DNA from: a virus
Lineage: Duplodnaviria > Caudoviricetes
Virus record (IMG/VR): IMGVR_UViG_3300040806_000113
Coordinates: 1-53,015 of that record
Direction: 5' to 3' (one strand)
DNA: 53,015 nucleotides
Positions 26,273-36,373 of this stretch are shown here, one piece after another. The notes below the pieces were generated by a model. The model had not been told where the DNA came from and did no database searches. It was given only the letters and a program-made list of their open reading frames with translations. How positions within the stretch are numbered: the stretch's first letter is position 1; the number at the start of each line of letters is the position of its first letter. The position numbers and the translations under genes were made by a program.

Positions 26273-26459
26273 TATCTTCATCCAATGCTTCAACGTAAAG
26301 TTCAATTGCGTCACGAATTAAATCACCTGCACTGACTTGCTCCAAGCTTTTCTTTTGCAATCGTGCAGCGTGTCCTGCTACTTTTTCATATTGTTCAACA
26401 GACATCAACAAACTATATGTCTTTGTCGGTTCAGGTATCTTTGCTGGTCTTCCCATCAA
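26247..26459 (-). CDS. Ribbon-helix-helix (CopG/Arc-like) regulator, putative
   Basis: Beta strand 'KTYSLLM', helix 'VEQYEKV', helix 'SAGDLIRDAIELYV'. Confidence 0.6.
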   Translation of the reverse strand: MMGRPAKIPEPTKTYSLLMSVEQYEKVAGHAARLQKKSLEQVSAGDLIRDAIELYVEALDEDNDPNISTD

Positions 26460-26580
26460 TAAGTTCCTTCTTTGCTAGTTTATCTAATTTAGATTTCTTT
26501 TTATTCGGAATAGTTTTATTCTTATATTTACTATCTCCTAATAGTTTAGCTATAGGGTTTATTTTAATTATTTTATTCAT
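26431..26580 (-). CDS. Small Lys-rich protein in an AT-rich patch
   Basis: MNKIIKINPIAK..., 49 aa. Confidence 0.45.
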   Translation of the reverse strand: MNKIIKINPIAKLLGDSKYKNKTIPNKKKSKLDKLAKKELIDGKTSKDT

Positions 26581-26656
26581 AATAGGTTTACCTGTATGGT
26601 TACTGTTCATAATGCGTATCACGGCTGTCAAGTGTTCGTCAACTAAAAAAATGCTA

Positions 26657-26688
26657 TTGACACGATTTTTATTGTGGGGTATTTGTCA
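26657..26688 (+). promoter_or_regulatory. Promoter of the replication operon overlapped by a copy of the 21-bp repeat
   Basis: TTGACA at 26657, weak -10 (TATTTG); TTTATTGTGG-GGTA-TTTGTCA at 26668-26688. Confidence 0.55.
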
Positions 26689-26705
26689 GGGCATAGGAGA
26701 AGCCC

Positions 26706-27500
26706 ATGACAGCTTGGTTGAAAGATTATGTGAACGGTTTGTCAATAGCATCGGAAGGTCGTCTGCGGATGGACTGCCCAGCTTGCGGCAAGAAGAATAC
26801 GTTTAGTGTTTCGGATACAAATGGTGAACGCCTATGGTTTTGCTTTCATGCAGACTGCGGGGTTCGCGGGCGTACTGGTTTTAGAATCAGAAGTGACACA
26901 CCATACCATCCCCTGTTGCGAAAGACAACACCAGTTCGCGAACCACTTTGCGAACCGGAGTTCCAGCTTCCCGATACTATTGTCCCTGTGTCGCGCAGTG
27001 AAGAAGCCGTGCGATATTTGAAACAGGTCAATGCCTATGATGCGTACCTTGCGGGGCGTGTCGATATTCGTTATGACTTCAGAATGAACCGTGTTGTTTA
27101 CCTGATTAAAGATGGTAGACGAACCGTTGATGCTGCTGGTCGTAGTTTAGTTAATGCCAAACCAAAATGGTGGAGATATGGAAAATCAGGTAATCCTTTC
27201 GTCTGCGGAACTAACCGTGTCGGTGTTGTTCTGGAAGACTGTGCTAGTGCTTGCAGTGTATCTAGTTTTCTTTCGGGGGTAGCCCTCTTGGGAACCAACT
27301 TACAGGATAGCCACTTGTCAACCTTGAGACGTTATGATAGATTGCTCGTTGCATTAGACAAGGACGCTACAAAGAAAGCCCTCGAAATGGTTCGCAGAAT
27401 GCAGGCCATAAGGCCAACAAGTTTAGTTGTTTTAAACAAAGATGTGAAAGACATGACAGATGATGAACGAATCACAACCTTCAAGAAATACCTCTATTGA
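26706..27500 (+). CDS. DNA primase (zinc finger plus TOPRIM)
   Basis: CPAC...CFHADC; 'VLEDCASA', 'ALLGT', 'VALDKDA'. Confidence 0.85.
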   Translation: MTAWLKDYVNGLSIASEGRLRMDCPACGKKNTFSVSDTNGERLWFCFHADCGVRGRTGFRIRSDTPYHPLLRKTTPVREPLCEPEFQLPDTIVPVSRSEEAVRYLKQVNAYDAYLAGRVDIRYDFRMNRVVYLIKDGRRTVDAAGRSLVNAKPKWWRYGKSGNPFVCGTNRVGVVLEDCASACSVSSFLSGVALLGTNLQDSHLSTLRRYDRLLVALDKDATKKALEMVRRMQAIRPTSLVVLNKDVKDMTDDERITTFKKYLY

Positions 27501-28701
27501 ACTACAGGTTCTGGGGTTTCTTTTAAATAACAATTTCTACAACAGGGTAAAGAACATTGTCACTCGTGATATGTTCGAGGGACGGTATGCCACCCTGTTC
27601 GATACAATTACCTATGCCCACAAGAATTACGGAACGAACCTATCTCGTGACCAGTTGGATTCCCTGTTCATGGACAGGAACCCTGCAATGCCTAACAGCG
27701 CAAAGCAAGAAGTGTTTGATATCATTACACAACTTAGCGAACACGTTAGTGAAGCAGGTGACCTAGAGTTAGACGTGACCAAGAACTTCTGGGTTCGTGA
27801 CCGTGCAAGGCAGATTGGTGAGAAGGCTATTGCCATCTTCACTGGTGAGTCCGAACACTTTGGTGAACTCAAGACCCTTATTGATATGGTCGAAGATGGT
27901 CGCATGTCCGACAAGACAACCTACAGTGAAATGGACAAAGACTTTGTTCAGCTAATGGAAGAAGAAGTTGGCGAACCAGACTTTCCATTCACTTGGGATT
28001 TAATGAGCGAACACCTTGGCGGTATGGACAGAGGTAACCTTGGAATTATATTTGCCCGCCCCGAAGTGGGTAAGACAACCTTCTGTGCCTTTGTTGCAGC
28101 TAGTTACGTCAAGCAAAAACATAAGGTAGTCTATTGGGCGAACGAGGAACCGGCAGAAAAGATTAAGCTAAGAATTATCCAAAGTTTCTTTGGCTTGACA
28201 CGAGAGGAAATGTCTGCGGGTGCGGATGCCTTGTCCCATCGTTACGCAGAAGAGATTGCACCATATCTTACCGTGATGGATTCGGTTGGCACATCGATGG
28301 AAGAACTGAACGAGTACGCCCAGCTAAACGAACCGGATGTAATGTTCTGTGACCAGTTAGACAAGTTCAAGGTATCTGGTGAGTTCAACCGTGGGGATGA
28401 ACGCCTAAAGGAAACATATGTCGTGGCTCGTGAGATTGCCAAGCGCAACAAACTACTGGTGTGGTCAGTTAGTCAGGCAAGCTTTGAGGCACATGACAGG
28501 CAGTTCATCGACTATGCTATGCTAGACGGTTCGCGAACCGGCAAGGCTGGTGAGGCAGATGTAATCATCGGTATCGGCAAGACCGGTACGTCAGAAGAAG
28601 AGAACACCACACGGCACATCTGCATTTCAAAGAACAAACTCAATGGTTGGCACGGTATGTTTACTAGCCACATTGATGTGCAGCGGGGGGTATATTACTA
28701 A
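27460..28701 (+). CDS. Replicative DnaB-like (SF4) helicase
   Basis: Walker A 'ARPEVGKT', 'FCDQLD', 'SQA', 'GEADVIIGIG', 'KNK'. Confidence 0.9.
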   Translation: MMNESQPSRNTSIELQVLGFLLNNNFYNRVKNIVTRDMFEGRYATLFDTITYAHKNYGTNLSRDQLDSLFMDRNPAMPNSAKQEVFDIITQLSEHVSEAGDLELDVTKNFWVRDRARQIGEKAIAIFTGESEHFGELKTLIDMVEDGRMSDKTTYSEMDKDFVQLMEEEVGEPDFPFTWDLMSEHLGGMDRGNLGIIFARPEVGKTTFCAFVAASYVKQKHKVVYWANEEPAEKIKLRIIQSFFGLTREEMSAGADALSHRYAEEIAPYLTVMDSVGTSMEELNEYAQLNEPDVMFCDQLDKFKVSGEFNRGDERLKETYVVAREIAKRNKLLVWSVSQASFEAHDRQFIDYAMLDGSRTGKAGEADVIIGIGKTGTSEEENTTRHICISKNKLNGWHGMFTSHIDVQRGVYY

Positions 28702-29288
28702 TGAATGTCTTGACCTTCGACGTGGAAACAACCCACAAACCCAAAGCCAATGGTTCGACAACTGCCTTGCCATACTTCGGAAACTCTTTAGTTTCAAATG
28801 GTTACAAGTGGTTGGGTGAGCCACACGTTCACTATCACTGTTATTACCACAGTGTTCGCGAACCACATGAGTTCGCTTTCGAATTGTTCCAAGCTGCTCT
28901 TGACAAAGCCGACGTGGTTGTGGGACAAAACATAAAGTTTGATTTATCTTGGATTCGCGATTGCGGGTTCGTTTATGAGGGACATGTATATGATACAATG
29001 GTTGCAGAATATATTCTTGCCCGCTCCCAGAGGTGGCCTCTTTCACTTGCTGCTCTTGCAGAAAAGTATAGTGATGTGCAAAAAGAGAAAGACCTCGTTG
29101 CGCCGTATTTTAAGGAAGGCAAGACCTTCTACGACATACCTTGGGAAATAATAGAAACGTATGGAAAGGCTGATGTCATTTCCACAGAGCAAGTAGCCCT
29201 TGCACAACTCGAAGCCTTTGGCACTACATTTGAGGAACTATTCAATGAACAACCAAACACTCTTGCCCACTTTGCGTCTGTCGCTTGA
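28701..29288 (+). CDS. 3'-5' exonuclease domain of family A DNA polymerase (separate ORF)
   Basis: ExoI 'FDVET', ExoII 'QNIKFD', 'DTM', ExoIII 'YGKAD'. Confidence 0.85.
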   Translation: MNVLTFDVETTHKPKANGSTTALPYFGNSLVSNGYKWLGEPHVHYHCYYHSVREPHEFAFELFQAALDKADVVVGQNIKFDLSWIRDCGFVYEGHVYDTMVAEYILARSQRWPLSLAALAEKYSDVQKEKDLVAPYFKEGKTFYDIPWEIIETYGKADVISTEQVALAQLEAFGTTFEELFNEQPNTLAHFASVA

Positions 29289-30792
29289 GATGACAGATGT
29301 GCTGTCCCGTATCGAACGGAACGGCATCAAGATTAATAGACAAACATTGTCTGACATTCGCCGCGAATACGAGGATGAACTGTTTACCCTCGAACGGCGG
29401 CTACAAGAACTGGCTGCGGAAGCTATGGGTGACACCCCCATCAACCTTGACAGTCCAGATGACCGTTCCAAGCTGTTCTATTCCTGTAAGGTAAAGGACA
29501 AGTCCCGCTGGGCTGGTCTGTTTAACTTGGGTCACGAAATTCGCGGTGCAGGACGCAAACCAAAACGCCGCACACGGATGAGCCGTGCCGACTTCAAACG
29601 CAACGTTGTGAACGAGACGGATGTACTGTTCAAGACCCGTGGTAGTCAATGTGCCGATTGCGGGGGCGTGGGGCGTTATACAGCCCGCAAGAAGGACGGA
29701 ACGCTAGGTAAGGCTATCAGAATCTGTAAGCCCTGTCAGGGGGCTGGTGTGCGCTATACATCGACAGGTCAAGTTGCGGGGTTCAAGTTAGTTCCTCGTG
29801 ACCCCTACGATGTGGCTGCTGCCGGTTTCAAAACAGATAAGGAAACTTTGGAAAGTATGTTCACATCCCTGCGGGGTGAGGCTCGTGAGTTCGCAGAAGC
29901 TTACATCCGGTACAGTGCTGTTCGAACTTACCTTCGTTCGTTTGTCGAGGGTATGGAAAACAACATGGATGGTGAGGGGTTTATCCACACGGAGTTCATG
30001 CAATGTGTTACGGCAACAGGTCGTCTATCGTCTCGCAACCCGAACTTCCAGAACATGCCACGAGGTACTACCTTTATTATCAGGCGGGCTGTTGAAAGCC
30101 GGTTCGAGGGTGGGTCAATCCTCGAAGGTGACTACGCCCAGCTAGAGTTTAGAGTGGCTGGTTTCCTTGCGGATGATGAGGGCATCAAGACTGATGTGGA
30201 TGCCGGAACAGATGTGCATAGCTATACTGCCAGTGTCATAGGGTGTTCGCGGCAAGATGCCAAGGCTCACACCTTCAAGCCACTCTATGGTGGTGTGTCG
30301 GGTACAGATGACCAGAAACGATATTACAATGCGTTCAAGGAAAAGTATAACAATGTTACCAAGTGGCATGAGTTCCTTCAGAAACATGCCGTAACAAAGA
30401 AGTACATCCAGCTTCCTTCGGGCAGGCAATACGCTTTTCCTCATGCAAGGTGGACTGATTGGGGTGCAGCAACAGACCGGACTGCAATCTGCAACTATCC
30501 TGTTCAGGGGTTTGCAACTGCTGACCTTCTGCCTATGTCCTTGATTATGCTGGACAAACGAGTTCGCGAACTGAACTTGCGTTCGGTTATCTGCAACACG
30601 GTTCACGATTCCATCGTCATGGATGTGTATCCCAGCGAGGAAAAAAAATGTATTGACGTGATGGCTGAATGTATGTTAGCTATCCCGTTGGAATCAAAGA
30701 ATAGGTATGGGATTACCTATGATATGCCAGTTGGTATCGAACTAAAAATGGGTAAAAACTGGCTTGACTTGGAAGAAGTACTTACTGTATAA
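29245..30792 (+). CDS. Family A DNA polymerase domain with DnaJ-type zinc finger
   Basis: 'CADCGGVG...CKPCQGAG'; 'TGRLSS', motif A 'DYAQLE', motif B 'KAHTFKPLYG', motif C 'VHDS'; GAGGA RBS before ATG 29245. Confidence 0.92.
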   Translation: MNNQTLLPTLRLSLEMTDVLSRIERNGIKINRQTLSDIRREYEDELFTLERRLQELAAEAMGDTPINLDSPDDRSKLFYSCKVKDKSRWAGLFNLGHEIRGAGRKPKRRTRMSRADFKRNVVNETDVLFKTRGSQCADCGGVGRYTARKKDGTLGKAIRICKPCQGAGVRYTSTGQVAGFKLVPRDPYDVAAAGFKTDKETLESMFTSLRGEAREFAEAYIRYSAVRTYLRSFVEGMENNMDGEGFIHTEFMQCVTATGRLSSRNPNFQNMPRGTTFIIRRAVESRFEGGSILEGDYAQLEFRVAGFLADDEGIKTDVDAGTDVHSYTASVIGCSRQDAKAHTFKPLYGGVSGTDDQKRYYNAFKEKYNNVTKWHEFLQKHAVTKKYIQLPSGRQYAFPHARWTDWGAATDRTAICNYPVQGFATADLLPMSLIMLDKRVRELNLRSVICNTVHDSIVMDVYPSEEKKCIDVMAECMLAIPLESKNRYGITYDMPVGIELKMGKNWLDLEEVLTV

Positions 30793-30793
30793 T
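30764..30793 (+). promoter_or_regulatory. Internal sigma70 promoter
   Basis: TTGACT-18 bp-TATAAT in the polymerase 3' end. Confidence 0.6.
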
Positions 30794-30829
30794 CCCTTTA
30801 CGCTTAACGCTCATCTAAGGAGAAACAAC

Positions 30830-31687
30830 ATGAGCAATGAACTACAAATGTTGAATGATGAAATGAACACCTTCCTGACTGCATTCGAGTCAGGTAACGA
30901 AGAAGCCCTCATGGAAATGAGTGGACAGGCTGACCCAAACAACAAGCCGAAGATTGGTCTGCCTAGACTAAATATTAATTACGATACAGAGACAGATGAT
31001 GGCACATTGCTAAGACGCGGTGCATGGCGCATCTGGAACGGTTCTGCACCTGTATATGCAGACAAGGTTTTTGTACGTCCCTTGCTGCGAACCTTCGAGT
31101 GGTCAGTGTGGAATCAAGAAGAAGGTAAGTTTTCTTGCAAGTCTGTGCAGAAGCGCAAACTAGCTGGGGACTTTCCTGACACACTAGGCGGTAACAAGTG
31201 TGGTCGTTTGTCTCGTCAAGAAGAAGAGGCACTAAGTCAAGATGACCCACGGGTTTTGTTGAGCCGCTCTGTTAGCTGCAATCAGGTAATCTACGGAATC
31301 ATCGATGCACCTGAAGCAGCATATGCAGATGGTACTGCAGCACCTGTAGAGCAGATGCCGTTCATGGCATACTTCAAGCGTTCTGGTTACCGTCCGGTCA
31401 ACGACTTCATTCAGAAGCAGCTTACAGACCGTAAGATTCTGATGCACAAGGCGTTGGTTGAGTTCACCACAGAGAAGCAGAAGAACGGCGGTGTTGTCTA
31501 CTGGACACCGAAGCTTGCCTTTGTAAAGGAAGTGTCTGGTACGGAAGACGGTGATAAGGCTTTGATGAAGGACTTTGCCGACACCGTGAATGCACACAAC
31601 GAGTCTGTGTTCGCAGAATACAAAGCTGCACAGAAAGCTACTGCTTCTTCTGATGACATTGACCTGTCACATCGTCTGGCTGGCTAG
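30830..31687 (+). CDS. Putative ssDNA-binding protein
   Basis: TAAGGAG RBS; position after the polymerase; 'LPRLNIN' motif; function inferred. Confidence 0.5.
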   Translation: MSNELQMLNDEMNTFLTAFESGNEEALMEMSGQADPNNKPKIGLPRLNINYDTETDDGTLLRRGAWRIWNGSAPVYADKVFVRPLLRTFEWSVWNQEEGKFSCKSVQKRKLAGDFPDTLGGNKCGRLSRQEEEALSQDDPRVLLSRSVSCNQVIYGIIDAPEAAYADGTAAPVEQMPFMAYFKRSGYRPVNDFIQKQLTDRKILMHKALVEFTTEKQKNGGVVYWTPKLAFVKEVSGTEDGDKALMKDFADTVNAHNESVFAEYKAAQKATASSDDIDLSHRLAG

Positions 31688-31689
31688 TC

Positions 31690-32583
31690 ATGTTACAACT
31701 CGTAGAAGTCCAAGACTTCCTACAGAAAGCGGGGCGGGGGGAGATTGACTCCTCTCGCCTCGAACATCTGATAGAACAGTTTGGCGAGGATTGTAAAGCT
31801 GCTATGCGGAAACAGTTCTCTAGCCGTGGTGATTACCGGGTTCGTATGTCCGGTGTTGGTCGCCCCTTGTGTCAACAACAACTTGAGAAGCAGGGCAACA
31901 AACAAGACGTTGCCTACAATGATATTGTGCGGTTCGCAACCGGTGACCTCTTAGAAGCATTCGCCATTCTTGTGATGCGGGCTGCTGGCCTAGATGTCGT
32001 TGCGGAACAGAAGAAGTGTTCCCTCGAACTAGGTGGGCAAACCGTCAACGGAACCCTGGACATCATCTTGAACATCGATGGTGAAGAAGAAGTCTGGGAT
32101 ATCAAGACAGCAAGCCCGTGGTCGTTCGACAATAAGTTTTCTGGGCGCGGTGGCTATGATGTTATCAAAGAAGATGACCCATTTGGTTACGTTATGCAGG
32201 GACACCTGTATGGAGAGTCAGAGGGTAAACGCTTTGGTGGATGGATTGTAATCAACAAATCGACAGGCGAGTGGGATTTCGTAGAGGCACCCCGCGAACA
32301 GTCTGAAGACCGCAAAGCATATCTAGAGGATGCGAACAAACGTGTCGAGGCAATCGTCAATGATGCACCATTCAAAGTACCGTTCCAGTCTGTTCCTGAG
32401 ACAGTTACAATAGACAGACAGAAGGTAGAGACAGGCAACCGCCTGATGCCCAAGACTTGCACCTTCTGTTCCTTCAAGACAAAGTGCTGGAAGAATGCTG
32501 AACTAGCCCCGAAGATAACATCTAAGGCGCGGTTCAAACCCCACGTCTGGTACACAAAGCTTGTGAAGCGGGAACTAGACTGA
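31690..32583 (+). CDS. PD-(D/E)XK (Cas4-like) exonuclease
   Basis: 'RMSGVGRPLC', 'GTLD', 'DIKT', 'QGHLY', 'CTFCSFKTKC'. Confidence 0.8.
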   Translation: MLQLVEVQDFLQKAGRGEIDSSRLEHLIEQFGEDCKAAMRKQFSSRGDYRVRMSGVGRPLCQQQLEKQGNKQDVAYNDIVRFATGDLLEAFAILVMRAAGLDVVAEQKKCSLELGGQTVNGTLDIILNIDGEEEVWDIKTASPWSFDNKFSGRGGYDVIKEDDPFGYVMQGHLYGESEGKRFGGWIVINKSTGEWDFVEAPREQSEDRKAYLEDANKRVEAIVNDAPFKVPFQSVPETVTIDRQKVETGNRLMPKTCTFCSFKTKCWKNAELAPKITSKARFKPHVWYTKLVKRELD

Positions 32584-32978
32584 TGCCTGTTTTGTACACA
32601 CGTGAGTACCCCCACGAACTGTTCGACTTGAATCCGCAGCTTTACTGTGTGTTCGTGGAGTCACATGAACGTCGTGGGGGTGGTCGTTCTACTGTCAGGG
32701 TTCGCAGCTTGGAAATATCCCTACCCCTTACTTTACGAGACAACTACTCGCCAGACGGTTCCTTGAAGTCAGACACAGAAGTACGTGACATAAAACTCAT
32801 AGAAGAGGAATTTCAGAACATTGCTCATCACTTGCGACAGGGGTTGGTAGTATGCCTACCGACAATGGAAATCTCAAAAGAAATATCGCAGCTAGAAAAA
32901 CGGTCCCCAAAAGTAGGACAGTATCTGTTAAAAAGGCTAGAAGGGGTGAAGGCGGGATTTCCGCTGCTAGGATTATGA
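32583..32978 (+). CDS. Hypothetical protein
   Basis: Coupled start and stop. Confidence 0.55.
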   Translation: MPVLYTREYPHELFDLNPQLYCVFVESHERRGGGRSTVRVRSLEISLPLTLRDNYSPDGSLKSDTEVRDIKLIEEEFQNIAHHLRQGLVVCLPTMEISKEISQLEKRSPKVGQYLLKRLEGVKAGFPLLGL

Positions 32979-33349
32979 GACAAACACGTTACCGTTCACA
33001 GTTCGAGATTAACCTTGCTAGGTCACTGGCAGAGAAAAAGATTGCCTTCGAGTACGAACAGGCAAAGCTACAATACATACCCAAGCCGCGAACATATACG
33101 CCAGACTTCTATTTACCTGAACAAGATATCTACATAGAAGCGAAGGGTCATTTAGATAAGGGCGACAGGGTAAAGATGCAGCTAATCAAACAACAATACC
33201 CCGACTTGGATATTCGCTTTGTATTCGTTCGGGCCACGAACAAGATTTACAGAGGCAGCAAGACCAGTTATGCTGATTGGGCGAATCGTTATGGTTTCCC
33301 ATGGGCAGAAGGTAGTGTGCCAGAGGAGTGGTTTAAAAATGACGGATGA
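32975..33349 (+). CDS. T7 gp3-like endonuclease I / Holliday junction resolvase
   Basis: 'YRSQFE', 'YTPDF', 'IEAKG', 'LDIRFVF'. Confidence 0.88.
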   Translation: MRQTRYRSQFEINLARSLAEKKIAFEYEQAKLQYIPKPRTYTPDFYLPEQDIYIEAKGHLDKGDRVKMQLIKQQYPDLDIRFVFVRATNKIYRGSKTSYADWANRYGFPWAEGSVPEEWFKNDG

Positions 33350-33692
33350 TAGGGATTATGAGGTTGGTAGCTTGTTGCCTGACCGGTGGTACATTATCTT
33401 AAAAAGAAAGGATGATGAAAGCTTCAATATGACAGCCTACGATACAACTCCTTTACCTGACGATGAAGAATACATGGACGCAGGGTTCGTGGCACAACAA
33501 GGGATTGTTGAGATGCTAGAGAACGACTTCGACAGACTCATACAAGCAGGGTTAGCCCGCATATCTTTTATGGAAATGAAGGATACTATCCTACAGGAAC
33601 TAGAGGATGAGGGCGTGGAGTTCGAACCTCGTGACCGTATAACCAGTCGTGATGAAAACATAGTTAAAGTAGATTTTGGAACAAAGCAATGA
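33339..33692 (+). CDS. Acidic hypothetical protein
   Basis: Ends 'NIVKVDFG'; overlaps its neighbours. Confidence 0.55.
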   Translation: MTDDRDYEVGSLLPDRWYIILKRKDDESFNMTAYDTTPLPDDEEYMDAGFVAQQGIVEMLENDFDRLIQAGLARISFMEMKDTILQELEDEGVEFEPRDRITSRDENIVKVDFGTKQ

Positions 33693-34009
33693 AGTTAGAT
33701 GAATTTCAAATGAGAGCAGAGGATACTGCTATCTATCCAAACGAGTATTCTGTTGTTTACCCTGCATTGGGTTTGGCAGGAGAAGCTGGTGAGGTAGCAG
33801 ACAAGGTAAAGAAGATTCTTCGTGACGGCGAACCTCATCTTTTCTACAAAGATGATATTGCAAAAGAACTAGGTGACGTGCTATGGTACGTTGCAATCTT
33901 GGCACGAGACTTGGGCTACAGCCTAGAAGAAGTGGCACAGATGAATCTAGACAAATTATATAACCGTAAAATTCGCAACGCTTTGCAAGGCAGCGGAGAC
34001 GACAGATGA
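33689..34009 (+). CDS. mazG: MazG-like nucleotide pyrophosphohydrolase
   Basis: '[16 protein letters not shown]...KELGDVLWY'. Confidence 0.88.
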   Translation: MKLDEFQMRAEDTAIYPNEYSVVYPALGLAGEAGEVADKVKKILRDGEPHLFYKDDIAKELGDVLWYVAILARDLGYSLEEVAQMNLDKLYNRKIRNALQGSGDDR

Positions 34010-34293
34010 GACACGAGGCATACATGAAGTGTATGGAAGATGAAAATGAACAGGCCGGTAAGATGGCCTATGGCGGTGTTGATATGGTCAACAGTCCGCC
34101 TCACTACAACGCAGCGGGAACAGAGTGCATAGATGCAATCCAAGCTGCAACCCTTGACGGGTTCGAATATTACCTGCAAGGAAACATAATGAAATACCTG
34201 TGGCGATATCGTTACAAGAATGGTAACGAGGATTTGAAGAAAGCGCAGTGGTATTTAAATAAACTATTAGAGGTTCGAGGAGAGAACAAATGA
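34006..34293 (+). CDS. DUF3310 protein
   Basis: 'VNSPPHY', 'ECIDAI', '[21 protein letters not shown]'. Confidence 0.88.
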   Translation: MRHEAYMKCMEDENEQAGKMAYGGVDMVNSPPHYNAAGTECIDAIQAATLDGFEYYLQGNIMKYLWRYRYKNGNEDLKKAQWYLNKLLEVRGENK

Positions 34294-36218
34294 GTAACCA
34301 ACTACCAACACCGTATCAACAATTCATTCACAAGTCACGCTATGCTCGCTGGATAGATGGCGAACAGCGCAGAGAGAACTGGAGTGAGACTGTAGACCGC
34401 TACATATCTTTTATGCTCGAACAGGTAAAAGGTAAGTGCGGTGTAGAACTGCCTACGTCTGTTCGCGAAGAAATCGAGGAAGGTATCCTGTCCCTGAGGG
34501 TGATGCCATCGATGCGGGCAATGATGACTGCAGGCCCTGCCCTTGCACGAGATAATGTCTGCGGCTACAACTGTAGCTACATTCCTGTTGACAGCCCTCG
34601 TGCCTTTGATGAGTGCATGTACATCTTGATGTGCGGTACAGGTGTTGGTTTCTCTGTTGAACGTGAGAATGTAGATAAGCTGCCTGTGGTTAGCGACAAC
34701 TTCAATGATTCAGATACTGTGATTAAAGTAGGCGACAGCAAGCCCGGATGGGCAAAGGCACTTCGCGAACTTGTTGCGTTACTATACGCTGGTCAGGTTC
34801 CATCGTGGGACATGAGCGAGGTTCGTGAAGCTGGTGCGCGGCTAAAGGTTATGGGTGGACGTGCTAGTGGTCCACAACCTCTTGCTGACCTCTTTAACTT
34901 TGCTGTTGAGATATTCAAGAAGGCACGTGGTCGCAGACTGTTTCCGATTGAGTGCCACGACTTGATGTGTAAGATTGGCGAGATTGTTGTTGTAGGCGGT
35001 GTTCGCCGCAGCGCACTCATCAGCTTGTCGAACCTCAACGATGACCAGATGGCACATGCTAAGTCTGGCATGTGGTGGGAGACAGAGCCGCAGCGGGCGT
35101 TGGCGAACAATTCTGTGTCTTACAAGACAAAGCCTGAGATGGGTACGTTCATGCGTGAATGGCTTGCCCTGTACGACAGCAAGTCTGGTGAGCGTGGTAT
35201 GTTCAACCGTGAGGCTGCTGACAAGCAGGTTGCCCGCAACGGTCGTCGTGAAACAGGCCATATGTGGGGTACAAACCCCTGTTCTGAGATTATCTTGCGG
35301 GGCTACCAGTTTTGCAACCTGTCGGAAGTAGTGGTTCGCGAAATGGATTCCTTGGAAGACCTAAAGGCAAAGGTTCGAGTAGCTACCATTCTTGGAACCT
35401 TGCAGTCAACCCTAACTGATTTTAAATACTTGAGGAAGATATGGAAAGACAATACAGAGGAAGAGCGTTTGTTAGGCGTGTCCTTGACTGGTATCATGGA
35501 CCATCCCGTTTTATCCAAAAATACAGACAGCAAGCGTTGGCTCGAAGAGATGCGCGAAGTCGCAGTGGAGACAAACAAGGAGTTTGCGAACATGCTTGGA
35601 ATCCCACAGTCGGCTGCAATCACTTGTGTAAAGCCGTCGGGTACTGTGTCACAACTGGTGGACGCAGCGAGCGGGATACATGCAAGACACAACGACTACT
35701 TCATCAGAACCGTTCGCGGAGATAACAAAGACCCCCTGACACAGTTCCTGATTAATAGTGGTGTCCCTGCAGAGCGTGACGTTATGAAGCCGGACTCAAC
35801 AACCGTCTTTAGCTTCCCTATGAAGGCACCGGATGGTGCTGTTACCCGAACACAAACAACTGCCATTGAGCAGCTAGAGTTGTGGAAGACTTATGCTATC
35901 CACTGGTCCGAACACAAACCATCTATCACTGTGTCTGTCAAGGAACACGAATGGATGGACGTGGGGGCTTGGGTCTACGAGAACTTTGACGTTGCCTCTG
36001 GTGTGTCGTTCTTGCCGCACAGTGACCACACGTACCAACAGGCTCCATATCAGGACATCGAACCTGATGAGTACCTAGAATGGAAGCAGCGCATGGAAGT
36101 TGTCACGATTGACTGGGATAAGTTATCTGAGTTCGAAAAGGAAGATAACACCAGTGGTTCGCGGGAACTAGCCTGTACAGCAGGGGTCTGTGAAGTCGTG
36201 GACCTGAGTGCAGCATGA
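34290..36218 (+). CDS. nrdJ: Class II (adenosylcobalamin-dependent) ribonucleotide reductase
   Basis: 'GGVRRSA', 'TNPCSEI', 'VKPSGT', C-terminal 'CTAGVC'; no NrdB partner. Confidence 0.9.
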   Translation: MSNQLPTPYQQFIHKSRYARWIDGEQRRENWSETVDRYISFMLEQVKGKCGVELPTSVREEIEEGILSLRVMPSMRAMMTAGPALARDNVCGYNCSYIPVDSPRAFDECMYILMCGTGVGFSVERENVDKLPVVSDNFNDSDTVIKVGDSKPGWAKALRELVALLYAGQVPSWDMSEVREAGARLKVMGGRASGPQPLADLFNFAVEIFKKARGRRLFPIECHDLMCKIGEIVVVGGVRRSALISLSNLNDDQMAHAKSGMWWETEPQRALANNSVSYKTKPEMGTFMREWLALYDSKSGERGMFNREAADKQVARNGRRETGHMWGTNPCSEIILRGYQFCNLSEVVVREMDSLEDLKAKVRVATILGTLQSTLTDFKYLRKIWKDNTEEERLLGVSLTGIMDHPVLSKNTDSKRWLEEMREVAVETNKEFANMLGIPQSAAITCVKPSGTVSQLVDAASGIHARHNDYFIRTVRGDNKDPLTQFLINSGVPAERDVMKPDSTTVFSFPMKAPDGAVTRTQTTAIEQLELWKTYAIHWSEHKPSITVSVKEHEWMDVGAWVYENFDVASGVSFLPHSDHTYQQAPYQDIEPDEYLEWKQRMEVVTIDWDKLSEFEKEDNTSGSRELACTAGVCEVVDLSAA

Positions 36219-36373
36219 ACTGCTGGCATTGCAAAACTGAACTTATTTGGGATAGTGATGTTGACAGGGATGATGATTTGTACTACATTATGGTCACATT
36301 CCTGCACTGTCCCAAATGTGGTTCAGATGTAGAAGTTTGGTTACCTAACATTGAGGAGAATACCAGTGAGTGA
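36215..36373 (+). CDS. Small zinc-ribbon protein (52 aa)
   Basis: Translated by hand: MNCWHC...CPKC; ATGA overlap with the RNR stop. Confidence 0.65.
   Translation: MNCWHCKTELIWDSDVDRDDDLYYIMVTFLHCPKCGSDVEVWLPNIEENTSE

Noticed and set aside
31690-32583. CRISPR-associated Cas4
   Set aside because: Stand-alone Cas4-like nucleases are routine in phage replication modules; no other cas genes or array are present
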